This document shows, piece after piece, positions 50,461 through 59,161 of a stretch of DNA of 64,000 nucleotides (positions within the stretch are counted from its first letter, which is position 1; each line of letters opens with the position of its first letter). This DNA comes from Longimicrobiales bacterium (GTDB lineage: Bacteria; Gemmatimonadota; Gemmatimonadetes; Longimicrobiales; Gaopeijiaceae), in contig CBDDCX010000007.1 in NCBI GenBank assembly GCA_965226375.1, forward strand, positions 160,001 to 224,000, written 5' to 3'. Both the position numbers and the translations under genes were made by a program. Below the pieces are notes generated by a model. The model did not search any database. It saw only the letters and a program-made list of their open reading frames with translations, and was not told the origin of the DNA.

Positions 50461-51096
50461 CTACGTGGGACGCGTGCCGCCTCGAGCCGGCGGCGGCGGC
50501 TGGTGACGCGGAAGTGGGTGCCCCGCCCCGCCTGTCGAGGGCACGTCCGGTTCCGACGTCTCGACCGAACCGGGGCTCGCGTCGACCGCCGGCGATGCCG
50601 AAACACCAGACACGCGGTCGTGGGTCACACCGCCCGACGGTGACTCTGCGGGAATCCCCTGACCTCCAACCCCACCCTCCGGCGTACCCTCAGTGACGGC
50701 ATCCTTGCCAGTAGAGACTGCTGGTTGGGGCTCGGGCTGGGCCTCGCCCACGGAAACCGGTCCCTGGACTGTGGCTCCTTCCTCGAGATGCATGCGCCGG
50801 GCGTCGATCTCGCCCGTAATCTGACTCGTGGATTGCAGCTCGAGACGGGACTGAGCATGGACGGACCCCAGCACCCGGCCGGAAATGACGGCGTCCTGCG
50901 TGTAGATGTTACCGTCTACTAGCCCCTCTTTACCAATGACAACGGCCTTCCCGGCCCGAACGTTGCCTTTGACCGTACCCTCGATCCTGATGGCCCCGTC
51001 CGTCTCGCAGTCACCCGTCAGCGTCATGCCCACCCCGATGATGGAGATGACCGCCTCGGGTGGCGTCGTCTGAGTCATTTTGTCGTTCTTGGCCAT
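50461..51096 (-). CDS. Bactofilin (polymer-forming cytoskeletal protein) with long disordered tail
   Basis: SIIG.GM.L.G, IRIEG.V.GNV, V.IG..G.V.G.I beta-helix repeats. Confidence 0.9.
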   Translation of the reverse strand: MAKNDKMTQTTPPEAVISIIGVGMTLTGDCETDGAIRIEGTVKGNVRAGKAVVIGKEGLVDGNIYTQDAVISGRVLGSVHAQSRLELQSTSQITGEIDARRMHLEEGATVQGPVSVGEAQPEPQPAVSTGKDAVTEGTPEGGVGGQGIPAESPSGGVTHDRVSGVSASPAVDASPGSVETSEPDVPSTGGAGHPLPRHQPPPPARGGTRPT

Positions 51097-51119
51097 AACG
51101 CCCAATCTCCAGGCCGATT

Positions 51120-51878
51120 TCAAGGTCGTTGCACCAGCTCCAGGGGATCGACCGCAGCTCCCTCGAGCAGGATTTCAAAGTGGAGGTGCGGAGCGGTGGA
51201 CCGCCCCGTCGACCCGCTGAATGCTATCACTTCGTCCTTCCGCACCTCTTCTCCAAGCCGCACCGCGGTAACCGAGGCGTGGGCATAGAGGGTCTCATAT
51301 CCGTTTCCATGTCCCAACCGAACATACAACCCATAGGTGGCGTCCTCACCGACCTCGAGCACCCGACCCGCACCGGCGGCTCGAATATATGACCCCGTAG
51401 GGACGGCGATGTCCAGTCCCGGGTGCTCGCGGCCCTCATCGTCAAGGAGGCCCTGGGTGACGAATCCACGCTCCGTCAGCGGCCAGCTGTCGGGAACATC
51501 CGCACCAGTCTCGGCTCGCGCGGACGAGCGACTCGAGGAGGCAGGCGGTGGAAGCCACAGAGCGGAGGGAGCGGCCTCACCCTCAGGTGCGAACAGGGCA
51601 CGAAGCGCCTCGTACTGTCGTTCCAGGGCGTCGATCTGCCTGATGAGCGCCGGGAAACGGGCCCGTTCGGCCTGCAGCGCTGCCACCTGTGCCTCCAGTT
51701 CGACCACGTGGACAACCCGTGCCGCCATATAAGCCCAAGTAGCGACAACGAAGGTCAGGATGACGCCGAGCCCGATCGCGAGGCCCCTGAGTGTCCGGAG
51801 TCGGCGGTACCCGATTTGGTATGAGCGACTCTCACTCGAGTCGGGGACGAGGATGATTCTCAGCAGGCGATCACTCAA
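51120..51878 (-). CDS. M23 peptidase (TM, coiled coil, catalytic domain)
   Basis: HPGLD, YAH, TGRSTAPHLHFE. Confidence 0.92.
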   Translation of the reverse strand: MSDRLLRIILVPDSSESRSYQIGYRRLRTLRGLAIGLGVILTFVVATWAYMAARVVHVVELEAQVAALQAERARFPALIRQIDALERQYEALRALFAPEGEAAPSALWLPPPASSSRSSARAETGADVPDSWPLTERGFVTQGLLDDEGREHPGLDIAVPTGSYIRAAGAGRVLEVGEDATYGLYVRLGHGNGYETLYAHASVTAVRLGEEVRKDEVIAFSGSTGRSTAPHLHFEILLEGAAVDPLELVQRP

Positions 51879-52771
51879 GACACTACCTCCGACGCGTCAC
51901 GACCCGTGATGACATCGAACACACGCTCGAAGTCCTCGGAGTTCCGGTACGGAATCTCGATGACGCCTGCTCCTCCTCGACCCACACGGACGTGGGCCTT
52001 CGTGGCCAGGGCCGATCGGAGCTCCTCCTCGAGCACCCGAACGACCGGATCACGGGTCTCCGTCGACCGAGGTCCGGACTTCTTCTGCGGTGCGCCACTC
52101 CGAACACGCCGCTCTACCTCTCGTACGGACCAGCCCAACTGGACCGCACGTCGGGCAAGTTCGCCCAACTGAACAGGGTCACTCACCCCCAGAAGAGCAC
52201 GTGCGTGTCCCGTGGTCAGGTCTCCAATCTCGACAAGCTTCCGGACGGAGACGGGTAGCTGGAGCAAACGTAGCATATTGGCGACCGTGGATCGACTCTT
52301 ACCAACCGAATTGGCGATCGCCCCATGGCTCAGCCCGTGTTGGGCCTCCAGGGCTTGATAGCCCTCCGCTTCTTCGATGGGGCTCAGAGCCTCGCGCTGG
52401 AGATTCTCCACGAGCGCCAGTATCAGGAGAGTATCGTCATCCACCTGGCGGGTCAGCGCCGGGACATCCACCCAGCCGAGCCGCCTGACCGCTCGAAGGC
52501 GACGCTCCCCCGCGACCAGCTCGTATCGGTTCGTGGCGCCGGGGGCGGGGCGGACCAGAAGTGGCTGAAGGAGGCCGTTTTCATCGATAGAGCGAGCCAG
52601 GTCGTCCAGCTCGGCGTCGGAAAACCTCCTGCGGGGCTGCTTGGGGTTCGGGCCGATCGCCGACACGGGCAACCGGTGAGCTTCCGCAGCTGTAGCTTCC
52701 GGATCCAGGTAGTCGCTGAGAAGGGCCCCGAGGCCCTTGCCCAACCGATCCTTCTTCGGTGGGGGAGTCAC
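51875..52771 (-). CDS. parB: Chromosome partitioning protein ParB
   Basis: LGKGLGALL, QPRR.F, AGERRLRA, ENLQRE, GKSRS.VAN. Confidence 0.96.
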   Translation of the reverse strand: MTPPPKKDRLGKGLGALLSDYLDPEATAAEAHRLPVSAIGPNPKQPRRRFSDAELDDLARSIDENGLLQPLLVRPAPGATNRYELVAGERRLRAVRRLGWVDVPALTRQVDDDTLLILALVENLQREALSPIEEAEGYQALEAQHGLSHGAIANSVGKSRSTVANMLRLLQLPVSVRKLVEIGDLTTGHARALLGVSDPVQLGELARRAVQLGWSVREVERRVRSGAPQKKSGPRSTETRDPVVRVLEEELRSALATKAHVRVGRGGAGVIEIPYRNSEDFERVFDVITGRDASEVVS

Positions 52772-52810
52772 TGGCTTTCGGCCTCCAATGGATGCACGGC
52801 TAACACCACT

Positions 52811-53590
52811 CTACGCCGCTGCGGGTCCGCGTCCCACCAGAACCTCCTTGGCGAGAGCCAAATAGCTCTGGGCCCCCTGCGAGAGCACGTCGTACTGCAC
52901 GATCGGCTGCCCGAAGGAGGGGGCCTCGGCCAAGCGGACGTTGCGGGGGATGGCGGTGCGATACACACGATCCTGAAAATACTCACGTGCCTCCGCGGCA
53001 ACCTGCCGCGAGAGGTTCAGGCGGCGATCGAACATCGTGAGAAGTACACCCTCGATTTCGAGTCCCGGATTCAGGGCCCTCTGGACCAGTCGGACCGTGT
53101 TCAGGAGCTGACTCAGCCCCTCCAGAGCATAGAACTCGCATTGGATCGGAATCAGCACCGAGTCCGCAGCCGTTAGGGTATTGAGGGTCAGCAAGCCGAG
53201 GGAAGGGGGGCAATCCACGAGAATGTAGTCGTATGCGGTCCGAATCGACTCCAGGGCCCGCCTGAGGACCGTCTCTCGACTCAGGGCACCCACGAGCTCG
53301 ATCTCGGCTCCCACCAGATCCCGGGTACTGGGCATGAGGTCCAGGAAGGGGAACTGGACCGACTTGATTACGGCCTCCTCGGCCTCCCGCCCGCCGATGA
53401 GGACATCGTACACTGTAAGGCGCTCGGGATCGATGGAAACTCCAAGGCCGCTGCTGGCATTTCCCTGCGGATCCATGTCGATCACCAGGGTGCGGCACTC
53501 GGCTACAGCGAGCGAGGCGCCGAGGTTGATTGCGGTGGTGGTCTTGCCGACCCCGCCTTTTTGGTTAGCGATGGCTATTACGCGCGACAT
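52811..53590 (-). CDS. parA: Chromosome partitioning ATPase ParA/Soj
   Basis: NQKGGVGKTT, DMDPQGN, DCPPSLG, PRNVRLAEAPS. Confidence 0.96.
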   Translation of the reverse strand: MSRVIAIANQKGGVGKTTTAINLGASLAVAECRTLVIDMDPQGNASSGLGVSIDPERLTVYDVLIGGREAEEAVIKSVQFPFLDLMPSTRDLVGAEIELVGALSRETVLRRALESIRTAYDYILVDCPPSLGLLTLNTLTAADSVLIPIQCEFYALEGLSQLLNTVRLVQRALNPGLEIEGVLLTMFDRRLNLSRQVAAEAREYFQDRVYRTAIPRNVRLAEAPSFGQPIVQYDVLSQGAQSYLALAKEVLVGRGPAAA

Positions 53591-53762
53591 CCATGGACCG
53601 TTTGGATGTGAATTCTCTTGGCGAGGCGGGAATATACGGCTGGCGGCGGACACGGTAAAGCGAGGACGTGCTGTTCCGCGGGCTTCGGACCAGTGATAGA
53701 TTCATTGCCGGAAGCTCCCGGAAGGAGCCCGAGGCTTTGACAATCCACACGAGGCAACATCG

Positions 53763-54230
53763 TTGACGACCTGTACACCTCGCTGGGACCCCCGGTTATC
53801 CGCGTTCTTACTAGCTTTTGTCGCCATTGGTTGTGGAGGCGACGCTGAACCAACGGGACCCCAGGCCAATCCGGACTTCATGGTTGGCGAGTGGATCGCC
53901 GACTCGATGGTCCTGACCAGCAAGGCCAATCCCGAGATCGCGCCGGATATCACCGAGTTCGGTGCCGTCTTCACTTTGTCCGTGCAACCATCGGGACGTT
54001 ACACCGCCATCCTGGAGGGATCTGGCCAATCCTCCACCGAGTCGGGCACGCTCACGGTGGAGGGGCCCGATGTGGTGTTCATGCGCCAGTTACCGACACC
54101 CGGCGACTCGAGGGCACACTGGGAGCGGGTGGGATCATCCGTGATTCTTTCGGGCGACCCCGACTTCGACTTCAACCTCGATGGTACGTCGGAGCCGGCC
54201 ACCTTGCGTTCGGTCATCGTCCCCCGCTAG
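53763..54230 (+). CDS. Lipocalin-like lipoprotein
   Basis: Lipobox AIGC, VGEW motif, DFNLDG loop. Confidence 0.65.
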   Translation: MTTCTPRWDPRLSAFLLAFVAIGCGGDAEPTGPQANPDFMVGEWIADSMVLTSKANPEIAPDITEFGAVFTLSVQPSGRYTAILEGSGQSSTESGTLTVEGPDVVFMRQLPTPGDSRAHWERVGSSVILSGDPDFDFNLDGTSEPATLRSVIVPR

Positions 54231-54256
54231 GGCCACCCCCACCCGCAGTTCTCAAC

Positions 54257-54272
54257 TGTTTCACGTGAAACA
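54257..54272. other. parS: parS site 1
   Basis: Perfect TGTTTCACGTGAAACA. Confidence 0.95.
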
Positions 54273-54280
54273 GGGGCAGG

Positions 54281-54296
54281 TGTTTCACGTGAAACA
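54281..54296. other. parS: parS site 2
   Basis: Perfect TGTTTCACGTGAAACA. Confidence 0.95.
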
Positions 54297-54343
54297 CCCC
54301 GACCGACCGTTTGGCCACACCCGGTGCGGACTTCCGATACTAT

Positions 54344-54407
54344 CTACGGGTTTTCCCGTTGACAACCGACAAGCCATTTGCAATATTGCTACGGGAGAAC
54401 CCGTAGC
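54344..54407 (+). promoter_or_regulatory. Sigma70-type promoter flanked by two putative BlaI operators
   Basis: CTACGGG-N4-CCCGTTG 54344-54361; TTGACA 54359, 17 bp, AATATT 54382; GCTACGGG-N4-CCCGTAGC 54388-54407. Confidence 0.7.
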
Positions 54408-54421
54408 TAGAGGGACGACCC

Positions 54422-54814
54422 ATGCCTGAAGATGCGTTCACCCCCCGAGAGTTGGACGTCATGTCCATCCTCTGGGATCTGGGCTCGGCCACCGTTGCCG
54501 AGGTCAGAGAGCGAATGGTCGATTCGCTCGCGTACACGACTGTGCTCTCGGCTTTGCAGATCCTGGAGGAGAAGGGTCACGTCAGACACGAGGCCGAAGG
54601 ACGTGCGTACCGCTACCACCCGACGGTGGACTGGCGGACGGCGGGCGGGCGGGAGCTTCGCCGCCTTCTCAAGAAAATATTCAAGGGCTCGCCCGAGCTT
54701 CTCCTTGTCCAGCTCGTCTCGGATCGGCGTGTGGACGAGGAGCAGCTCCGCAGGATCCGCAAGCTCGTCGACGACCGCCTGGGGAAGGACTCGGCGGAAG
54801 AGGAGGAAGACTGA
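54422..54814 (+). CDS. BlaI/MecI/CopY-family repressor
   Basis: RELDVMSILW, AYTTV, LEEKG.V, GRAYRY, FKGS. Confidence 0.92.
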   Translation: MPEDAFTPRELDVMSILWDLGSATVAEVRERMVDSLAYTTVLSALQILEEKGHVRHEAEGRAYRYHPTVDWRTAGGRELRRLLKKIFKGSPELLLVQLVSDRRVDEEQLRRIRKLVDDRLGKDSAEEEED

Positions 54815-56052
54815 TGCTTCTGAGCTTGATGGTCTACGTGACCGTGGTGAGCCTGCTGCTCGCCCTTGCGGCCTGGACGTGCGAACGCGCGGTGCGCGGG
54901 CTCGCCTTTCCCACCCGCTGGATCTGGGCGTCCGCCCTTGCCGGCTCCCTCGGTCTCACGCTGTTCGTCCTCCCTTGGCCCGGCGGTGTCTCGACTCCCC
55001 TGGAACTCGTCACGGCCGACGCTGCTTCTGGCCCGATTGCGGCTCCACTCACCGCCCTGACCAACGGCCTCACTCTTCCCAACGGCCTCGACCCCTACGT
55101 CGGCGCTGCCTGGGCCGTCCTGTCTCTCATGGTCGGTTTCATGCTGCTGCGCGCCCAGGTCGGCCTCTCGTCGGAGCGGTCGACGTGGACCCGGATGCAA
55201 CTCCGAGATCGTGAGATCTTCCTGGCCGAGGACTTCGGCCCGGGCGTGGTGGGGCTGATTCACTCGGCCATCGTGATGCCCCGCTGGGCCTTGGACATGA
55301 CCGAGCAGGAACAAGAGCTGATGCTCCGGCACGAGGCCGAGCACCGAGCGGCCCACGATGTCTGGTTGACGTCGGGGGCCCTGTGGCTCTTGGCCCTACT
55401 CCCTTGGAGCGTCCCCCTTTGGTGGACCGTTCGCCGGCTTCGATTGGCCATCGAGATCGACTGCGACTACCGAGTGCTTCGGCGCTCCTCGGAGGTAATG
55501 CACTACGCCGGCCTTCTGGTCGAGATCGGGGCCAGGAGGATGACATCACCGGCGGGTGCACTGGCGTTCGCGCGTCCCGCCCCATTCCTCGAGCGGAGAA
55601 TTCGGGCCATGACCGACAACCCCAAACCCCGCTTTCTCCGTGCCCTCAGGATGATCGTCATTACGGGCCTCTTGGTCGTGACCGCGTGCCAGATGGACCA
55701 GATCCCGACGGCACCGCCGCAGCGCTCGGTCGCGGCTGAGGACGGGCCGTACTTTACGCCGATGACGGTCAGGCCCGAAATCACCAATCGCGGTGAGATC
55801 GTTCAGACCCTGATCCGTGCGTACCCCCGAGACCTTCGGGACGCAGGTGTCGGTGGACAGGCCCTGGTCTGGTTCTACATTGATGAGACGGGAAAGACGG
55901 TCGAGAACCGCCTAGACCGGACTAGCGGGAACGACGCGCTGGACGCAGTCGCCCTCGAGGTGGCGAGCATCTACGAATTCACCCCTGCGTACCTCAGGGA
56001 GGAGCCCACGAGCGTGTGGGTACGGCTTCCCATGACATTCGAGGTTCGATAA
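54814..56052 (+). CDS. BlaR1-like M56 peptidase with C-terminal TonB domain
   Basis: HEAEH zinc motif, EIDCD, LERRI; YP..LR..G..G, FTPA, V.LPMTF. Confidence 0.88.
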   Translation: MLLSLMVYVTVVSLLLALAAWTCERAVRGLAFPTRWIWASALAGSLGLTLFVLPWPGGVSTPLELVTADAASGPIAAPLTALTNGLTLPNGLDPYVGAAWAVLSLMVGFMLLRAQVGLSSERSTWTRMQLRDREIFLAEDFGPGVVGLIHSAIVMPRWALDMTEQEQELMLRHEAEHRAAHDVWLTSGALWLLALLPWSVPLWWTVRRLRLAIEIDCDYRVLRRSSEVMHYAGLLVEIGARRMTSPAGALAFARPAPFLERRIRAMTDNPKPRFLRALRMIVITGLLVVTACQMDQIPTAPPQRSVAAEDGPYFTPMTVRPEITNRGEIVQTLIRAYPRDLRDAGVGGQALVWFYIDETGKTVENRLDRTSGNDALDAVALEVASIYEFTPAYLREEPTSVWVRLPMTFEVR

Positions 56053-56503
56053 GCCCCAACCGGAAAGGCCATGGCAGGCGTGGTCGTCCTTACGAACCCG
56101 CCACCGGGCCAGGCGGCCCCGGTGGCGCAGACACTCGCCTCAGCAGTCTTGGATTGTGCGACCACATCGCTCGAGGGGGGCTAGGCGCGAGCATTTTTTA
56201 TCGCGATTCCCCATCCTCGAACGAGCCAGTCCGGGTGGTCCCGTTCTGCTGTCACCGTGCATTAATCACAAGAATTGCCAGGTTCCAACCTAACCCGTAC
56301 CTTCTACCCTACCCGCGCAGGCGCTAGAGACCATAAGTGCCCCCGCAGTCCTGCGCACCCGCCAAGGCAATTAGGCAACGCATCCACCCAGGCCACATAG
56401 CTTGTCGTGGCAGGCCTTGACCACAAGGTGGAAGCGACGTCCGAAGCAGCGAGCTAGCTGGCACATCACGCTATGCAGCATCACCCGTGAGAGGGAGGAT
56501 GTC

Positions 56504-56920
56504 ATGGACAAAACGACCACGATCCTGGTCGTTGAGGACAATCTCGACCACCAGCATCTGATCAAGTTGGTTCTAGCCAAGGGGTTACCTCACGTACGCG
56601 TGGACACGGCCGTAGCCGGCGAAGCCGCAAAGACGTATCTGGGTACGGAAGATCCCCCTGCATTGATCGTGTTAGACCACTGGCTCCCGGATATTACGGG
56701 CCTCCAGCTTTTGGAGTGGATCAGCGGCCACAAGCAGTATGCAGGAATTCCGGTGATCATGTTCACCAGCTCTGAAGATCCACAACATGCTCAACAGGCC
56801 TACGCGCTGGGTGTGCGTCGGTACTTGATCAAGCCTGCGGACTTCAACCAGCTGGTCTCGGTCATCAGAGAGACGCTTCGCCACTGGGTTAAATCGGAGC
56901 CTGACTCAGCAGCTGGGTGA
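56504..56920 (+). CDS. Single-domain response regulator (Rcp1/CheY-like)
   Basis: VVEDN, VLDHWLP, FTSS, AYALG, YLIKP; GGAGG RBS. Confidence 0.88.
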   Translation: MDKTTTILVVEDNLDHQHLIKLVLAKGLPHVRVDTAVAGEAAKTYLGTEDPPALIVLDHWLPDITGLQLLEWISGHKQYAGIPVIMFTSSEDPQHAQQAYALGVRRYLIKPADFNQLVSVIRETLRHWVKSEPDSAAG

Positions 56921-56937
56921 GGTATCCTCCACTCCCC

Positions 56938-58836
56938 TCAGTCCCCCGTCACCTGTGCCACATCCCCCCGCCGCCAGCGCCGCACCTCGAGGATCAGGTT
57001 GTGTAGGTCCGAGGGGGAGACCCCCGGAATGCGCGCCGCCTGAGCCAGGGACTCCGGACGGATCCGCGCCAGCTTCTCTCGCGCTTCGTACGAGACGCTC
57101 ACGAACGCGGCATAAGGGAGATCGTCAGGCAACACGAAGTCCGCCTGCTCTCTCAGCCTCTCTGCCCTTTCGACCTCACGCCGAACGTACCCTTCGTACT
57201 TGAGCTCCACCTCGACAGCGGCTACGGCGTCGATCTCCACACTGGGATCGAAGGGTGCGCCCCCAACCACAGCCAACTCCTTCGCGGGTACCTGCGGGCG
57301 CTTGAGCAAGTCGGCGGCTCGAACCGACTGCGTGATGGGAGGCGTCCCGACCTCGGCTAGAAGCGCATTCACGTCCGAGGGCCTCACCACCGTCTCCACG
57401 AACCACCTCCGGATGCGCGCCTCCTCCTCCAACCGTTCATCCAGCACCGTCTCCTGATGCGCCGTCAACAAGCCGGCATCACGGGCAACGGGTCCCAACC
57501 GCTTGGGGGCGTTGTCCTGCCGCAGCATGAGCCTGAATTCAGCGCGCGAAGTGAACAGCCGGTACGGCTCGTCCACACCCTTGGTGACCAGATCGTCGAT
57601 CAGAACCCCGATGTAGGCCTGATCCCTCTCCAAGATGAACGGACCCCTACCGAGAGCGCTCAGGCCGGCGTTGGCTCCGGCGATCAGCCCCTGGCCCGCT
57701 GCCTCTTCGTACCCGGTGGTCCCGTTTATCTGTCCGGCAAAGTAGAGGCCAGGAATCTCCCTCACCTCCAGCGTGTGCCGAAGCTGGTGGGGTGGGAAGT
57801 AGTCGTACTCGATGGCGTATCCGACCTTGGTCACCTGGGCGCGCTCGAGCCCCGGAACGGTCCTCAGGAACTCCACCTGGACCTCCGGCGGGAGGGACGT
57901 GGACAGCCCGTTCACATAGAGCTCCGTCGTCTCCAGTCCCTCGGGCTCCAGGAACACCTGGTGCCGGGGCGAGTCGGGGAAGCGGACGACCTTGTCCTCG
58001 ATCGACGGGCAGTACCGGGGTCCGCGTCCGGAGATCTCACCGCCGAACAGCGCACTGCGATCGAGGTTGTTCTGCACCACCCTCCGTAGGCCCTCCCCGG
58101 TCCACGTGATCCAACAGGGGCGCTGCTCGGGAACGCTCTCCCGCACGTACGCCGCAAACCGGAAGTCCTCCGGATCTCCGTCCTGCCGTTCGATCCGGGA
58201 GTAGTCGACCGTTCGCCCGTCGATACGGGGCGGCGTTCCCGTCTTGAAGCGGGCGATCTCCAACCCGCGAGCCTCCAACTCTTCGGCCAACGCAATGGAC
58301 GGCGCTTCTCCGGCACGGCCCGCCCCCACTCCGGCCTCACCGCCGATGTGGATGCGCCCCCGCAGGAACGTCCCCGCCGTCACGACGACGGTCTCCGCAC
58401 GGAACTCCAGACCACCACGGGTCCGGACGCCAACAGCTCGGCCCCCCTCCATGAGCAGTCCGGCGACCATCTCCTGGAAGAGGGCCAGACTCGATAGCTC
58501 ATCCAACGCACGCCGCACCGCCCTCGGGTACAGGCCCCGGTCGCACTGTGCGCGGGGACTCCAGACAGCAGGTCCCTTTCGGCGATTGAGCATCCGAAAC
58601 TGGATGCGGGAGGCGTCCGTGGCGCGGCCCATGATCCCGCCTAGGGCATCCACCTCGCGCGCCACCACCCCTTTGGCGATCCCACCGATGGCCGGATTGC
58701 AGCTCATCTGCCCCACCCGGGACAGGTCGGGCGTAATCAGAAGAGTATGCGCTCCAACCCGGGCGGCGGCAGCGGCCGCTTCCGAGCCGGCGTGGCCTCC
58801 CCCGACGACAATCACGTCGTAGCGTTCGCCGATCAC
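56938..58836 (-). CDS. mnmG: tRNA U34 carboxymethylaminomethyl modification enzyme (start approximate)
   Basis: GGGHAG, MSCNPAIGG, GPRYCPSIEDK, GQINGTTGYEEA, FTSRAE. Confidence 0.97.
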   Translation of the reverse strand: MIGERYDVIVVGGGHAGSEAAAAAARVGAHTLLITPDLSRVGQMSCNPAIGGIAKGVVAREVDALGGIMGRATDASRIQFRMLNRRKGPAVWSPRAQCDRGLYPRAVRRALDELSSLALFQEMVAGLLMEGGRAVGVRTRGGLEFRAETVVVTAGTFLRGRIHIGGEAGVGAGRAGEAPSIALAEELEARGLEIARFKTGTPPRIDGRTVDYSRIERQDGDPEDFRFAAYVRESVPEQRPCWITWTGEGLRRVVQNNLDRSALFGGEISGRGPRYCPSIEDKVVRFPDSPRHQVFLEPEGLETTELYVNGLSTSLPPEVQVEFLRTVPGLERAQVTKVGYAIEYDYFPPHQLRHTLEVREIPGLYFAGQINGTTGYEEAAGQGLIAGANAGLSALGRGPFILERDQAYIGVLIDDLVTKGVDEPYRLFTSRAEFRLMLRQDNAPKRLGPVARDAGLLTAHQETVLDERLEEEARIRRWFVETVVRPSDVNALLAEVGTPPITQSVRAADLLKRPQVPAKELAVVGGAPFDPSVEIDAVAAVEVELKYEGYVRREVERAERLREQADFVLPDDLPYAAFVSVSYEAREKLARIRPESLAQAARIPGVSPSDLHNLILEVRRWRRGDVAQVTGD

Positions 58837-58855
58837 AGGCAGCGCCCCCACGTCA

Positions 58856-59161
58856 TCACAGGATTCCAAAGTTCGAAACGATCTCGAAGTCAACCGGCAG
58901 CGGCCTGTCGGACAATACCCGCTCCACGCCGTCTACCCGGGACCCCGGAGGTCCGTCGCCCAGCTGAGCCTCGAATCGCTCGACGGACTCCCTGTCACCG
59001 GCGGCGTGCACCTCCACGCTTCCGTCCGTGCGGTTCAAGACCACACCCCGCAACCCGAGGTCGCCGGCCACTCGGCGGGTCCACCATCGGAAGCCGACGC
59101 CCTGGACCCGGCCCTGGATCCGGAATCCCACCTGGAGAGCAGTTTGTTTTTCCGTCATCAC
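58856..59161 (-). CDS. acyP: Acylphosphatase
   Basis: GRVQGVGFR, N..DGSVE, GPP. Confidence 0.92.
   Translation of the reverse strand: MMTEKQTALQVGFRIQGRVQGVGFRWWTRRVAGDLGLRGVVLNRTDGSVEVHAAGDRESVERFEAQLGDGPPGSRVDGVERVLSDRPLPVDFEIVSNFGIL

Noticed and set aside
56053..56500. Possible ncRNA or sigma54 promoter in the long intergenic gap
   Set aside because: Only a GC hairpin near 56100-56127; TGGCAC lacks a correctly spaced TTGC; no RNA family recognised without an Rfam search
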